Below are positions 47,544 to 58,603 of a DNA stretch of 64,000 bases, one piece after another. The notes below the pieces were generated by a model. It worked only from the letters and a program-made list of their open reading frames with translations. It searched no databases and had not been told where the DNA came from. The DNA comes from Opitutales bacterium. Its GTDB lineage: Bacteria; Verrucomicrobiota; Verrucomicrobiia; Opitutales; PNEW01. Where the stretch lies: contig CBDANS010000007.1 of assembly GCA_965197745.1 (NCBI GenBank), positions 1,568,001 through 1,632,000 of the forward strand. Direction: 5' to 3'. Every line of letters begins with the position of its first letter. The first letter of the stretch is position 1. A program made the position numbers and the translations under genes.

Positions 47544-48485
47544 TTAAGATTTAACTGAATCTGCGAGCGCGGAGAGTATGGCCTTTTGCACATGAAGACG
47601 ATTTTCAGCCTGATCAAAGACAATCGATTTTGGGTTGTGGTAAACTTCAGGGGAGACCTCCATCTCGAGATGGGCAGGTAAGCAATGCATGAATAGGACA
47701 TCCTCCTTTGCGGCATTGAGGAGGTCCAGTGTTACTTTATAAGGGGACAATTTTTCTGAGCGCATTGCTTCCTCATCCTCTTTACCCATACTCACCCAGA
47801 CATCGGTGTAGATGACATCGGCATCCTTGACCGCATCCTGGATATCGGTGGTAAAGGTGTAAGCCGGGGCAATTCCCGCATTATCAAGGTAATTCTTAAT
47901 TTCATCCCCGGGAGCAAATGCTTCCGGACCGGCGAGAACGACATTCATGGAAAAGAGATGTCCAGCGAGGATCCAGGAATTTGCCATGTTGCAATTACAA
48001 TCACCGACAAAAACGATCTTGCGCTCTTTAAGCGAGGTGACATCACAATCTTCAGACCAGCGTTCGGCCAAAGTAAAAGCATCACTAAAAATCTGGCAGG
48101 GATGGAGAAAATCGGTCAGGGCGTTAACGACACTGATCGTGCCTTCACGCGCGAACTCTTCTATAATTTCGTGTTCGTAAGCGCGTATGACCAATCCATG
48201 ACAATAGCGGGAGAGAATTTTTGCGGTGTCGGCTACCGATTCGCCTCGACTGAGTTGCATCGTGTCCTTATCGAGGTAAAGAGCATGGCCTCCGAGTTCA
48301 TTAATACCCACTTCAAAAGAGACGCGTGTGCGCGTGCTACTTTTAAAAAAAAGCAAGGCCCAGCTTTGGTTATTTAATGCCGAGTAGTTATTCTCACCAC
48401 GGTGATTTTTATATTTTTGAGCGAGCGAAAATATATCGGCGGCCTCGCAAATAGAAAAATCCGTCTCTTTTAAAAAATGCTTCAT
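47544..48485 (-). CDS. argF: Ornithine carbamoyltransferase
   Basis: SSTRTR, HPCQ, DVWVSMG, FMHCLP. Confidence 0.97.
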   Translation of the reverse strand: MKHFLKETDFSICEAADIFSLAQKYKNHRGENNYSALNNQSWALLFFKSSTRTRVSFEVGINELGGHALYLDKDTMQLSRGESVADTAKILSRYCHGLVIRAYEHEIIEEFAREGTISVVNALTDFLHPCQIFSDAFTLAERWSEDCDVTSLKERKIVFVGDCNCNMANSWILAGHLFSMNVVLAGPEAFAPGDEIKNYLDNAGIAPAYTFTTDIQDAVKDADVIYTDVWVSMGKEDEEAMRSEKLSPYKVTLDLLNAAKEDVLFMHCLPAHLEMEVSPEVYHNPKSIVFDQAENRLHVQKAILSALADSVKS

Positions 48486-48523
48486 GACTGAATAAGGATG
48501 CGTTAATAACGAAATCTATTCCG

Positions 48524-49732
48524 TTATTTCAAATCTTCTAATGTCTGTTCAAGAATATCCAATGCCGATTGTATTTCATCATCCGAAACATTAAAGGGTG
48601 GATATATTCGTACTGTATTCTCACCAGCGGGCACCGTGATTAATCCTTTTTCAAAAAGACTATTGATGAAGTCCGTAGGATCTTCCTTCATCCCTATCCC
48701 CAGGAGATAACCCTGGCCTCGCACTTCAGCGATATGCTGCGGGTATTTATCCGCTAGCTTTTGCAATGAAGCTTTGAGCTTATTACCGCTTTCAGCGACG
48801 CGATCTAAGAGGTTTTCTTTTTCCATGACTTCGAGCACAGAGAGAGCAGCAGTACAGGCCAGCGGGTTTCCCCCATATGTTGAACCATGGGTGCCCGGTG
48901 TAAAAAGCCCGGCATATTTATCGGATATCCAGATAGCACCGATAGGAAATCCACCACCCAAGCCTTTAGCCATGGCAATGGCATCGGGAACAATACCCGC
49001 ATGCTCGTAGCCAAAAAAGCGACCGGTTCGCCCGACACCGGTTTGCACTTCGTCGAGCATGAGGAGCAGATTATTCTCGTCACAGAGCTTGCGTATGCCT
49101 TGAAGGAAATCCGGATCACAAGGCAGAACACCGCTTTCCCCCTGGGTCGGTTCGAGGTAAATGGCCACTGTATGTTCATCGATCTTTGAGGAAAAACTTT
49201 CGAGGTTATTTATCTCTCCAAAGGAGAATCCGTCGAGAAGAGGACGAAACCCTTTTTGTATTTTTTCGAGTGGGGTTGCCGACATCCCCCCAAAGGTGCG
49301 GCCGTGAAAAGCATTTTCGGCCCCGATTATTTTATAGCTCTTTCCCTCCTCGCCCGCTTTATCCGTGCCATAGAGCCGGGCCAGTTTAATCAAGGCTTCA
49401 TTCGCTTCAGCCCCGCTGTTGCAGAAGAAAAATTTCCCCGGTCCTGTGTATTGTGCTAACTTCTCCGCAAGCTGAGCGGGTTGGGGGAATCGGTAGAGGT
49501 TCGTGCAGTGAATCAATTCTGTCGCCTGTTCCTGAAGGCGTTTCACCCAATAGGGGTGGCAATGTCCCAGTCCGTTTACGGCGATACCGGTGCCGAAATC
49601 AAGGTATTCTTTTCCGGTGTCATCCCAGGCTTGAGTCCCTTGTCCTTTGACCAGAGTAAATGGCGCCGGGGGGTAATTCCCCAGGATATATTTTTCATAA
49701 AGGGTGGTAAGATTAGCGGTCTGCTTATTCAT
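48524..49732 (-). CDS. argD: Acetylornithine aminotransferase
   Basis: NSGAEANE, FHGRT, DEVQTG.GRTG, AKGLGGG.PIG; operon context. Confidence 0.95.
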   Translation of the reverse strand: MNKQTANLTTLYEKYILGNYPPAPFTLVKGQGTQAWDDTGKEYLDFGTGIAVNGLGHCHPYWVKRLQEQATELIHCTNLYRFPQPAQLAEKLAQYTGPGKFFFCNSGAEANEALIKLARLYGTDKAGEEGKSYKIIGAENAFHGRTFGGMSATPLEKIQKGFRPLLDGFSFGEINNLESFSSKIDEHTVAIYLEPTQGESGVLPCDPDFLQGIRKLCDENNLLLMLDEVQTGVGRTGRFFGYEHAGIVPDAIAMAKGLGGGFPIGAIWISDKYAGLFTPGTHGSTYGGNPLACTAALSVLEVMEKENLLDRVAESGNKLKASLQKLADKYPQHIAEVRGQGYLLGIGMKEDPTDFINSLFEKGLITVPAGENTVRIYPPFNVSDDEIQSALDILEQTLEDLK

Positions 49733-49751
49733 GATTTCCAAGCGTTGATTT

Positions 49752-50636
49752 TTAATTTTGAACAATTTCTGTGCCTATGCCCCGATCGGTAAATATTTCA
49801 AGAAGAAGGCTGTGGGGGACGCGGCCATCAACAAAGTGCACGCGACGAACACTGTTCTCGATAGCTTTAACGGCACTGTTTACTTTTGGCATCATACCCG
49901 ATCCGATGACGCCCTTGCCTTTGTAAGCTTCGACCTGATCGACTTTTAAAGTGGAAATAAGAGACTCGGGATCATCCGGATCATTTAAGAGGCCCGGGAC
50001 ATCGCAAAGATAAACAAGCCGCCGCGCATGCAGTGCGGAAGCGACATGGGAAGCAGCGATGTCCGCATTAGTATTGTAAACCCGACCTTCCTGATCCAAA
50101 GCGATGGGTGAGATGATGGGGATATAACCTTCTTCGAGCGCTTTTTGAATTTTCCTTGTATCAACTTTAATAATTTCTCCAACCCGGCCAAGATCGATTG
50201 GATTACCCGACACATCACGGGTTAATTTTTCGCATAGGAATACTTTATTTCCAATCATCGGTAGAGGGCGTCCGACACTTGCCTGAATAATTTCGGCGAT
50301 ATCAAGATTGATATTCTCATTGAGAGTTTTTTCGACAATTTTTATCGATTTTTCATCAGTAACCCGTAAACCCTGATTAAATATGGGTTCGAGCCCGGCT
50401 TCTTCCATTGACCGACTGATCTCTTTACCTCCGCCATGGACGACAACGACGTGGATTCCGACGGAAGCGAGAAAGACAATATCGGTAGCAACACGACGGC
50501 GCACATGAGGTTCGGGATCGTCCATAAAACTGCCACCGTATTTAATGACAAAAGTAGAGCCTTTAAAGCGTTGGATGTAAGGCAACGCTTCGAGCAAGAC
50601 ACGCGCTTTTGAAATGATGTCGACCTCTGTTAACAT
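49752..50636 (-). CDS. argB: Acetylglutamate kinase
   Basis: EALPYI, IKYGG, VHGGG, GLRVTD, NAD, GMMPK. Confidence 0.97.
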   Translation of the reverse strand: MLTEVDIISKARVLLEALPYIQRFKGSTFVIKYGGSFMDDPEPHVRRRVATDIVFLASVGIHVVVVHGGGKEISRSMEEAGLEPIFNQGLRVTDEKSIKIVEKTLNENINLDIAEIIQASVGRPLPMIGNKVFLCEKLTRDVSGNPIDLGRVGEIIKVDTRKIQKALEEGYIPIISPIALDQEGRVYNTNADIAASHVASALHARRLVYLCDVPGLLNDPDDPESLISTLKVDQVEAYKGKGVIGSGMMPKVNSAVKAIENSVRRVHFVDGRVPHSLLLEIFTDRGIGTEIVQN

Positions 50637-50642
50637 AAGATT

Positions 50643-51917
50643 TTATTCGCTTTTATTAAAATCCACGTAGGCCTCAGAGAGATCGGTGCTCAATAAACGG
50701 TAAGAGGCTTTGCCAAGATTTAAATTCATGTTTATACAAAACCGTTTTTTACTTACTAATTCTTTCCACCGCTTTTTATTATTTAAAAGACATCGTCCTT
50801 TTGTAATAACCGGTACCGAATGTTGTTTCGTTGTGCCAGGGGTACTATAGGCGAGATCGAGCTTTTCTTCTTGAATAGTTGCACCCGAGTAACCTGCAGC
50901 ATCGAGAATACGACCCCAGTTAGGATCACTGCCATACCAGGAGGTTTTCACCAGTAGAGAGTTTCCAATCGAACGGGCGATCTTATTGGCATCGGTTTTA
51001 TTCTTAGCTCCATCCACGTAAATTTCCACCACTTTGGTGATACGTTCACCATCGGAAACTATTTTATCGGCGAGGACTCCGCAGACATGACGCAATCCCT
51101 GAGTGAAATTATGAAATAAGCTTGATTGTGTGGGTGAAACCTTGATTCCGGATTTAGCATTGGCGAGAAGAATCACCGTATCATTAGTGCTCATGTCACC
51201 ATCCACAGTTATGGCATTAAAAGAGAGTTCAACGGCTTCGGATAATATTTTCTGAAGCAGGTTCTTGCTGATGTCAGCATCGGTGACAATAAAGGCGAGC
51301 ATAGTTGCCATACCGGGTTGAATCATACCCGCTCCTTTTGCCATTCCGCTGATCGTAATATAATCGAGATCGCTCGCTTTATCTCCAGCATGTAAATGGG
51401 GCACCTTTACGGTAATGATTTTTTCCCTCGTATCAGAAGTGAGTATTGCTTTTGCGGTGTTAAGGCCATGATCCTTCGTCGATCCCAAATTACCGGCGGC
51501 ATCTTTGATCCCCTTACGAATCTTTTGCATCGGGAGCACTTCACCGATGCGGCCGGTGGAACAGACAAAGAAAGTTTCCGGGGGTGCGTTACAGGCGCCG
51601 GCCGCGCTGAACTGCATCGACCAGGCATCTTTCATTCCACGATCCCCGGTGCAGGCATTGGCATTTCCACTATTCACGACTACTCCATGAAATTCATTTT
51701 CCACGTTCAGCAATTCCTGGCAGAGATTAACGGGCGCGGCCTTGATGGCATTTTTGGTAAAGACTCCCGCCGCAGAGCAGGGGGTAGGGGAAAAGATTAA
51801 TGCGAGGTCAAGTCGATCATCTTTTTTGTCGCGTATATCACAGGAGATACCGGCCGATTGAAATCCAGGAACATCGACGATACCTTTAGATTTTTTCTCT
51901 TCTGTGTAAGCACTCAT
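50643..51917 (-). CDS. argJ: Ornithine acetyltransferase / bifunctional ArgJ
   Basis: NSGNANACTG, KGAGMI.P.MATML, DGDMSTND, DPNWGR. Confidence 0.97.
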   Translation of the reverse strand: MSAYTEEKKSKGIVDVPGFQSAGISCDIRDKKDDRLDLALIFSPTPCSAAGVFTKNAIKAAPVNLCQELLNVENEFHGVVVNSGNANACTGDRGMKDAWSMQFSAAGACNAPPETFFVCSTGRIGEVLPMQKIRKGIKDAAGNLGSTKDHGLNTAKAILTSDTREKIITVKVPHLHAGDKASDLDYITISGMAKGAGMIQPGMATMLAFIVTDADISKNLLQKILSEAVELSFNAITVDGDMSTNDTVILLANAKSGIKVSPTQSSLFHNFTQGLRHVCGVLADKIVSDGERITKVVEIYVDGAKNKTDANKIARSIGNSLLVKTSWYGSDPNWGRILDAAGYSGATIQEEKLDLAYSTPGTTKQHSVPVITKGRCLLNNKKRWKELVSKKRFCINMNLNLGKASYRLLSTDLSEAYVDFNKSE

Positions 51918-51948
51918 GAAAAATTAGAGGTTATGCTGAGAATACACT

Positions 51949-52974
51949 CTAAATCAATCCCTCATCTTCCGGAAAACCCAGCATTATATTCATAATCTGG
52001 ACAGCTTGCCCACCGGCTCCCTTCATCAGGTTGTCCTCAGCGGAATGGATGATGAAGTTGCCGGTCCGCGGATCGAGCAATGCGGAAATGTCGATTCGAT
52101 TAGTCCCGAGAAGATCTGAGGTGTGAGGAGAGGTGCCCGAGGGAAGGATGGAGATGAATGGTTTTCCTGCGTAAGCTTTTTCCCATGCAGTATAAACGGC
52201 TTCAATCTTAGTCCCGTTAGCAGGTGCAATAATCGTTGTAATGATGCCACGTATCATCGGAACAAGATGGGGAGTGAACTGGATTACGGTGTTTTCCCCG
52301 GATATTTCCGATAATTGCTGTTCAATTTCAGAGAGATGACGGTGTTTAGGGACACCATAAGGGGTAGCATCTTCCGCGCGTTCACAGAAGCTATAATATT
52401 CTTCAGTTTTTTTGCCGGCCCCACTTACGCCACTCAAGCTATTGACAATAATTCCCTGATTTGAAATTACGCCGTTACGGAGCAAGGGAATAATTGGGAC
52501 AAGGATACTGGTCGGATAACATCCAGGGCAGCCGATAATGGGAGCCTCTTTCCAGGAGCCATTATGAATTTCGGGAATTACATAAGCAGAGCGGGAGAGC
52601 AGTTCGGGGTCGGGGTGGGGGCGGCCATAAAACTCCTCATAGCGCTCGGTTGTATCGAGCCGGAAATCAGCACTCAGGTCTATTACTTTTTTTCCGGCGT
52701 CAACAAGGGGCCGTGCATATTCCACCGCTACGCCGTGGGGAAGCGCTAAAAAATACAGCTCAACATCTTTGTTTTCAGCGAGCCGGGACACTTCTGAATC
52801 GGTAAATATTAAATTTGGCAACTGGCCGCGCAGCGCAGGAATGGCATCTTCGATCGCAGAACCGGCAAGTTTACGTGAAGTGACGACGGCTAAATCCACC
52901 CGCGGGTGTCGAGCCAGCAATCGCACAAGAGTCTCTCCAATATACCCCGATGCGCCTATAACCCCAATATTCAT
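51949..52974 (-). CDS. argC: N-acetyl-gamma-glutamyl-phosphate reductase
   Basis: GASGY.G, ALPHG, DLSADFR, PGCYPT, SGVSGAG, DNL.KGA.GQA. Confidence 0.97.
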   Translation of the reverse strand: MNIGVIGASGYIGETLVRLLARHPRVDLAVVTSRKLAGSAIEDAIPALRGQLPNLIFTDSEVSRLAENKDVELYFLALPHGVAVEYARPLVDAGKKVIDLSADFRLDTTERYEEFYGRPHPDPELLSRSAYVIPEIHNGSWKEAPIIGCPGCYPTSILVPIIPLLRNGVISNQGIIVNSLSGVSGAGKKTEEYYSFCERAEDATPYGVPKHRHLSEIEQQLSEISGENTVIQFTPHLVPMIRGIITTIIAPANGTKIEAVYTAWEKAYAGKPFISILPSGTSPHTSDLLGTNRIDISALLDPRTGNFIIHSAEDNLMKGAGGQAVQIMNIMLGFPEDEGLI

Positions 52975-53078
52975 GGTAAAAGAAATTCCCTGCAGTGTAT
53001 TACTGCGGGTATTGATTATTTAGATGAATTATTATGAAAACTTTCAATTAATTTAGATAAGAATAACAGCAATGTGCT

Positions 53079-53120
53079 AAAAAAACAAACCCTCCTCGGT
53101 ATCGATGAACCGGGGAGGGT
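53079..53120 (-). terminator. Rho-independent terminator after rpsI
   Basis: Minus strand ACCCTCCCCGGT-loop-ACCGAGGAGGGT followed by TTGTTTTTTT. Confidence 0.75.
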
Positions 53121-53149
53121 ATAGGTAAAAGAATCCCTGGTAAGATACC

Positions 53150-53557
53150 TTATCGTTTGGAAAACTGAAATCTTTTTCTCGCGCCCGGCTGACCCGACTT
53201 TTTGCGCTCCTTTTCACGTGGATCGCGTTTAAGGTAACCGGCCTGTTTGAGGGTAATGCGCCATTCAGGATTAAATTTTTCAAGGGCGCGAGCAAGGCCA
53301 TGAGATATTGCTCCGGCCTGACCATTTGGCCCGCTCCCATGAACCCTGATGACGGCATCAAATTGTTCGGCCGCATCGACGGCGACAAGCGGGGCTGTGG
53401 CCATTTTTGCAAGGCTCTCATGATAGCAGTAGTCAGTGAGATCGCGATCATTGACCTTATATTTGCCGCTGCCACCGGGGATGAGCCTGATGCGGGCGGT
53501 TGCCGTTTTGCGACGCCCCGTGGCGAGAAAATGTTCTTTTGGCGTGGAAGCACTCAT
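53150..53557 (-). CDS. rpsI: 30S ribosomal protein S9
   Basis: TGRRKTA.AR, GQAGAI.HG.ARAL, RDPR.KERKK, QFSKR. Confidence 0.98.
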   Translation of the reverse strand: MSASTPKEHFLATGRRKTATARIRLIPGGSGKYKVNDRDLTDYCYHESLAKMATAPLVAVDAAEQFDAVIRVHGSGPNGQAGAISHGLARALEKFNPEWRITLKQAGYLKRDPREKERKKSGQPGARKRFQFSKR

Positions 53558-53567
53558 TTTTCAGAAA

Positions 53568-53996
53568 TTACAATTCAATAAGCTGGGGTTGTTGTGCCTC
53601 ATGGGGATGATTAGGACCTGCATACACTTTAAGCTTTTTTAGTATATCACGGGCAAGACGATTTTTAGGGAGCATGCCTTTTACCGCGTTTTCAAAGATA
53701 AAAGCGGGTTTATTCGTTCGCAGATCACTGAATTTTCGGTATTTTTCGTTACCGAAATAGCCACTATAGGACATGTATTCCTTTTGAATTTCTTTATTAC
53801 CGCTAACCGCGACCTTGTCTGCATTGATGACAATGACAAAATCACCCGTGTCCACGTGTGGGGTGTACGTAGGTTTATTGCGTCCTCGCAAGAGATTAGC
53901 GATTTTGACAGCGAGACGCCCTAGTATCTGGTTCGATGCATCGACCACATACCATTTTTTTTCGGTTTCACCCGTTTTGGCCAGGTAACTTTTCAT
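53568..53996 (-). CDS. rplM: 50S ribosomal protein L13
   Basis: WYVVDA, LGRLA, KPTYTPHVDTGD, GMLPKN.L, HPHEAQQP. Confidence 0.98.
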   Translation of the reverse strand: MKSYLAKTGETEKKWYVVDASNQILGRLAVKIANLLRGRNKPTYTPHVDTGDFVIVINADKVAVSGNKEIQKEYMSYSGYFGNEKYRKFSDLRTNKPAFIFENAVKGMLPKNRLARDILKKLKVYAGPNHPHEAQQPQLIEL

Positions 53997-54013
53997 AAAA
54001 TAAGGAAAGCGAA

Positions 54014-54041
54014 AAAGTAAGCGGCAGGCGTTACTTGTCAA
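54014..54041 (-). promoter_or_regulatory. Putative sigma-70 promoter of rplM-rpsI
   Basis: TTGACA-16 bp-TACTTT on the minus strand. Confidence 0.5.
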
Positions 54042-54108
54042 CAGATTTATTAATACTGTGAATCAGGTTAATAAAATCTTCGTTAATAACCGGGAACACT
54101 TATTATCC

Positions 54109-54147
54109 AAAAAAATGCAGCCCGCATCTATAATAATGCGGGCTGCA
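54109..54147 (-). terminator. Rho-independent terminator after porin gene
   Basis: 12-bp stem TGCAGCCCGCAT/ATGCGGGCTGCA followed by T7 on the minus strand. Confidence 0.85.
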
Positions 54148-54172
54148 GAGAAATTATCAGTTAAAATCTGGC

Positions 54173-54859
54173 CTAGAAGCCAGCGGAGAAAACGGATCCC
54201 CACCAAAAATTGCCATCGCGAACGCCACTCAGGTCAGTGGATGAAACACGCATTCCAAAAGAGATGGAAGCGTTATCATTGAAGGCATAACTCCAATCTA
54301 TGGATCCGCCATAATAGACGTAATCGGTGCCCACATCAAAGTAGACACCCCCGACATAAAAGCCAACATCGATGGAGCTATTGGGGATGGATTCACTCAT
54401 ATCAAAACTGTGACCGCCAGAAAATTGGAGGGTAAATCCCTCGAGGTCGAAATCATAGTAGAAATAAACCGAAGGGGCAAGTGCGACATCAGCGGCAAAT
54501 CCAATGTATAACTCCCTAGAATAAGAGTCGGACGATGGATCTTCCGGAAACCAATAGTAGGTCAATCCCAGGTCTATACTCAGCCAGTCGGTGGGTGCAA
54601 ACCCGTAACCGCCATAGAAGTCGACTTCGTTATTGAACCCGACACCGTCAACAATAGGGGAGTTTACCCATGTCCCAAGATAGAAATCACCATAGCTAAG
54701 ATCAATCGCAGGCTGGAAGGATGAATCGGCGAATTGCACTCCTCGAAATACATATTCCGATTCAAAGGCAAAGGTAGACGATATCGCTATTTCCTGCGCC
54801 GAGACCCGGCTTATGCACATTAAAACAGTTAAAGCAATAATGCTAAGTTTCTTATTCAT
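54173..54859 (-). CDS. TorF-like putative outer-membrane porin
   Basis: Signal peptide, SEYVFRG, QPAIDL, EVDFYGGY, DLGLTYY.FP, C-terminal Phe. Confidence 0.82.
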   Translation of the reverse strand: MNKKLSIIALTVLMCISRVSAQEIAISSTFAFESEYVFRGVQFADSSFQPAIDLSYGDFYLGTWVNSPIVDGVGFNNEVDFYGGYGFAPTDWLSIDLGLTYYWFPEDPSSDSYSRELYIGFAADVALAPSVYFYYDFDLEGFTLQFSGGHSFDMSESIPNSSIDVGFYVGGVYFDVGTDYVYYGGSIDWSYAFNDNASISFGMRVSSTDLSGVRDGNFWWGSVFSAGF

Positions 54860-54915
54860 TCGTTATCCTATATGTAGTTTAGAATTTTTAATTTTTTGGG
54901 TTTTCCATAGATATA

Positions 54916-54931
54916 AGCCATAAGTGTGCCA
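54916..54931 (-). promoter_or_regulatory. Putative sigma-54 (-24/-12) promoter of the porin gene
   Basis: TGGCAC-ACTTA-TGGCT with exact GG-N10-GC spacing. Confidence 0.65.
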
Positions 54932-55376
54932 ATACCTGATATCTGTCTCATAATTAGCGTTAATGCCTTATTTTACACAGATATCCAAGGATGTCTGTTC
55001 AGAATGAAGGCAGAAATTTTGACTAATTATAGCCATTGACGATGGCAACAGGTTGTAAACTGCACCTGTGTTCTATAATCTTTCCGGAATATGAGTGGGG
55101 GAGTGAGCTATCTTTTGGTGTGTTATTGTGAATAAAAGAGGTAAATAGCTCGCTGGAGATTCAATCCACATACCACGGGGTGAATTCTGGCAGTCAGACA
55201 GCTGGCTCTCGGCTGCGCTTCGGTAAGTTGCCTTATCATCTCAAAGAATTCATTGCAAAAGTCGATGATCTCTTATACATCAAAGGCAGGTAGTTGCTCT
55301 TTATAGCATTCGTTAAAGAGGGCACTAAAATAATATTAAAATCAGCTGATATACAAAGAAAGGGCAGGGAGAAAAT

Positions 55377-56366
55377 ATGAGCCAGGCACAAGGTCCCACG
55401 GTAGAAACGCAAGTAAGCCAACTTGATCAGCTCAAACAATTTACAAAAGTCGTAGCAGACACGGGTGATTTTGGTGCGATCAAACAATATTCTCCCCAGG
55501 ATTCGACCACTAATCCCACCCTTATTTACAATGCGGTTGAGATGGATGAATATAAACCTCTGCTGGAAAAAGCGGTTGCCGAGAACAAGGGGCATGGCGC
55601 AGCTGATGATCTCCACGTTTATTCCATAATCGACCAACTGCTCATACTTTTTGGCATCGAAATCCTGAAAATTATTCCCGGGCGTGTTTCCACAGAAGTA
55701 GACGCCCGACTCTCATTCGATACCGGGGGCACCATAGTAAAAGCGCAATCACTCATCAAACTTTATGAGGACAGGGGCATTAGCAGAGAGCGGATCCTCA
55801 TCAAGATAGCATCTACCTGGGAGGGGACCTTAGCCGCGAGAAAGCTCGAAGAACAAGGCATCCACTGTAATATGACACTGCTTTTCTCCTTACCACAGGC
55901 ACTGGCTTGTGCTGAAGCGGGAGCGACCCTTATCTCTCCCTTCGTCGGGCGTATTCTGGATTGGTACAAAGCCAGCACGGGTGAAGATTACAAGGGCGCT
56001 GACGATCCAGGCGTGCTATCAGTCCAGAAAATATACAATTACTTTAAGAAGTACGATTACAAAACCGAGGTCATGGGTGCCAGTTTTCGCAATGCCGATG
56101 AGATCGTCGAATTGGCTGGGTGTGATCTGTTGACGATCAGTCCCGATCTCCTGAAAACTTTGAAAGAGTCGCAACGACCGCTTGAGCGGAAGTTAAGTCC
56201 TGAAATTGCACAGAAACAGGATATCGAAAAAATAATTCTCGATGAAAAAACATTCCGTTGGACCCTTAATGAAGATGCCATGGCAACCGAGAAACTGGCC
56301 GATGGCATTCGCAGATTTGCCGCGGATGCCGATAAACTGGCTGACTTGATAAAAAACAGACTGTAG
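55377..56366 (+). CDS. tal: Transaldolase
   Basis: [51 protein letters not shown]. Confidence 0.97.
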   Translation: MSQAQGPTVETQVSQLDQLKQFTKVVADTGDFGAIKQYSPQDSTTNPTLIYNAVEMDEYKPLLEKAVAENKGHGAADDLHVYSIIDQLLILFGIEILKIIPGRVSTEVDARLSFDTGGTIVKAQSLIKLYEDRGISRERILIKIASTWEGTLAARKLEEQGIHCNMTLLFSLPQALACAEAGATLISPFVGRILDWYKASTGEDYKGADDPGVLSVQKIYNYFKKYDYKTEVMGASFRNADEIVELAGCDLLTISPDLLKTLKESQRPLERKLSPEIAQKQDIEKIILDEKTFRWTLNEDAMATEKLADGIRRFAADADKLADLIKNRL

Positions 56367-56386
56367 CAAAAGCAAGACGGGCATTC

Positions 56387-57238
56387 TCATCTATCACTCT
56401 CCTTCTGATTTTTCATTTCACTGGAGGTCCTTTTAGTTCGATCGAGAGGCATTAAAATAAGCCCCTTCATCGTTTGTTGCTCCGAACTATCGGTATCATT
56501 GAGACCATATTGAATCGACTCTGGTTGACGCTGCAGGCGAAAAGAAAAGAAAATTCGATCCCAGATCGAGAGGAGTGATGTGTAGTTTGAATTTGTTTCC
56601 GAGGGAACTCGAGAATGGTGCACTTTATGCATGGCAGGACTGGTAAAGAAAATACGAAGGAGACGGTCAACTTTTTCCGGGAATCCAATATTGGCATGAT
56701 GGACTTGCGTGTTGGCGAACATGATTATTTCGTATAAAACAAATTCACCCAGGGTAACCCCGGTAATGAGAAGCAGTGGTATGCGAAGGATAGATGAAAG
56801 AACAATTTCTCCAAGATGAAACCGATTGGCAGTCGTCACATCCATGAGGGGATCGGAATGGTGAACTTTATGAAAAATCCAGAGAAAGGGTAAGCTATGG
56901 TTGAAGCGATGCCACCAGTAAGTCCAAAGATCAAGAAGCAGGATTGCTCCTATGATATGAAAGCCTGAGGGAAGGGATACGCTATTGAGAAGGCCAAAGT
57001 TATGTTGCCGCGTCCACTCCATAACCATAACCCAGAGACTGACAAAAACGGCCATAACAATAAAAATGTTGATCAGTCCAATGGCTATGTTGCGGGTTCC
57101 GTGGATAAGGCGCTGGCGCCCTTTATGATTGAAAAATCCGAAATAGGGAGCCGCGCTTTCCCATAATAACAAAATGATTAATACCCCAATAGAGAGCGCT
57201 TGGCGAAAGGCTGAAATGTCCTGATAAATATTCTCCAT
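56387..57238 (-). CDS. Sterol desaturase / fatty acid hydroxylase family protein
   Basis: His boxes YWWHRFNH, FHKVHHS, HHAN, HKVHH; NY.....IWDR. Confidence 0.9.
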   Translation of the reverse strand: MENIYQDISAFRQALSIGVLIILLLWESAAPYFGFFNHKGRQRLIHGTRNIAIGLINIFIVMAVFVSLWVMVMEWTRQHNFGLLNSVSLPSGFHIIGAILLLDLWTYWWHRFNHSLPFLWIFHKVHHSDPLMDVTTANRFHLGEIVLSSILRIPLLLITGVTLGEFVLYEIIMFANTQVHHANIGFPEKVDRLLRIFFTSPAMHKVHHSRVPSETNSNYTSLLSIWDRIFFSFRLQRQPESIQYGLNDTDSSEQQTMKGLILMPLDRTKRTSSEMKNQKESDR

Positions 57239-57577
57239 TCAGGTGATAGGGTTTTTATTTAATGAATGAATTAGGTTCTTATTTCCAGTCGCGACAAAGG
57301 AACTGATAGTCTGGAAACCGGTCTGAATAATTCAATTATAGTGCATTGTCATTGTTATACAAACTCAAGGTGTAAAATGTCTATGCCTGAGATTAATAGC
57401 ACACTAACGGCCAGAATGGCTTGTCATATGTAAATTTTTTTTAAAAATAAATGGATTATTTGGCATACCATTGCCAAAAGCTTTTATTACTGCTAAGAAA
57501 CTACGGTTAAAACCATTTATTTAAATCACCATTTGATTTAATGCTTATCAGTGCGTTTAACATTTTAGAATATTATT

Positions 57578-58549
57578 ATGAGTGAAACCGCAAAAACAAT
57601 TCCGGCACCAGCTGTAAAAAATTCGCTCGACAGTTTACAGGCGAACATCGGGCAAGTGATAAAAGGGAAAGATGATGTCATTGAACAAGTGCTTATATGT
57701 ATGATTGCCTCGGGACATCTGCTTATAGAAGACCTCCCCGGTTTGGGTAAAACGACATTGGCCTACTGTCTTGCGCGTTCCATCGACTGCTCATTTACGA
57801 GAATTCAATTCACGAGTGATTTGCTGCCCAGCGATGTAATAGGCGTTTCCGTTTATGATGAACAGATAAAGGAGTTTGTCTTTAAACGCGGCCCAATATT
57901 CAGCAATATACTCCTTGCTGACGAAATTAATCGCACCACACCCAAGACCCAGTCCGCGCTCCTTGAGGTCATGGACCGAAGCAAAGTAACGGTTGACGGC
58001 CAGACTTATACAGTGGCAGCGCCATTTATGGTATTTGCGACTCAAAACCCCGTTGATTATGAGGGGACTTTTCCCTTACCCGAGAGTCAAATGGATCGAT
58101 TTCTCATGCGCCTGCAAATGGGCTATCCGGAATATGACAAGGAGTTGGAAATACTTGAAAATGGAACCTTGCGCTATGACAGCATTCACCCCGATCCAGT
58201 AATTACACGTAATGAAGTCCAGACTATCCAGCAATACGTGCATCAGGTATTTGTTGAAGAGAGCATCCTTGAATACATTTTGAGAATTATTAAAAGAACG
58301 CGGGCTGAAAGTGAATTTCTTGCCGGTGCCAGTACGAGGGGCAGTTTATCCGTGAGACTGGCATCTCAAGCGGCGGCATTAGCCGATGGCAGAAATTTTG
58401 TCATTCCTGAAGACGTGACCAAAATTTTACTCCCGGTCCTCACCCATCGCCTTGGGCTCAGGCGCCAGACTTCTGATGCTTTGGAAGAGAGAAGTATTGT
58501 CGAAGGTATCTTAAGAAAAATTATCGATGAGGAGCCCCTGCCGGTTTAA
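57578..58549 (+). CDS. MoxR family AAA+ ATPase
   Basis: [38 protein letters not shown]....[12 protein letters not shown]. Confidence 0.96.
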   Translation: MSETAKTIPAPAVKNSLDSLQANIGQVIKGKDDVIEQVLICMIASGHLLIEDLPGLGKTTLAYCLARSIDCSFTRIQFTSDLLPSDVIGVSVYDEQIKEFVFKRGPIFSNILLADEINRTTPKTQSALLEVMDRSKVTVDGQTYTVAAPFMVFATQNPVDYEGTFPLPESQMDRFLMRLQMGYPEYDKELEILENGTLRYDSIHPDPVITRNEVQTIQQYVHQVFVEESILEYILRIIKRTRAESEFLAGASTRGSLSVRLASQAAALADGRNFVIPEDVTKILLPVLTHRLGLRRQTSDALEERSIVEGILRKIIDEEPLPV

Positions 58550-58603
58550 TTTTCAAGATTACTTGTAGAAAGCAGCAGGGGTATAACAGTCCTTGGCCAT
58601 CGT

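Noticed and set aside
55090..55240. Riboswitch or ncRNA between porin and tal
   Set aside because: No conserved aptamer motif recognisable by eye; an Rfam scan would be needed
57459..57479. Sigma-54 promoter upstream of MoxR (TGGCATACCATTGC)
   Set aside because: GG-to-GC spacing is 9, not 10; it is only a short inverted repeat of unknown role
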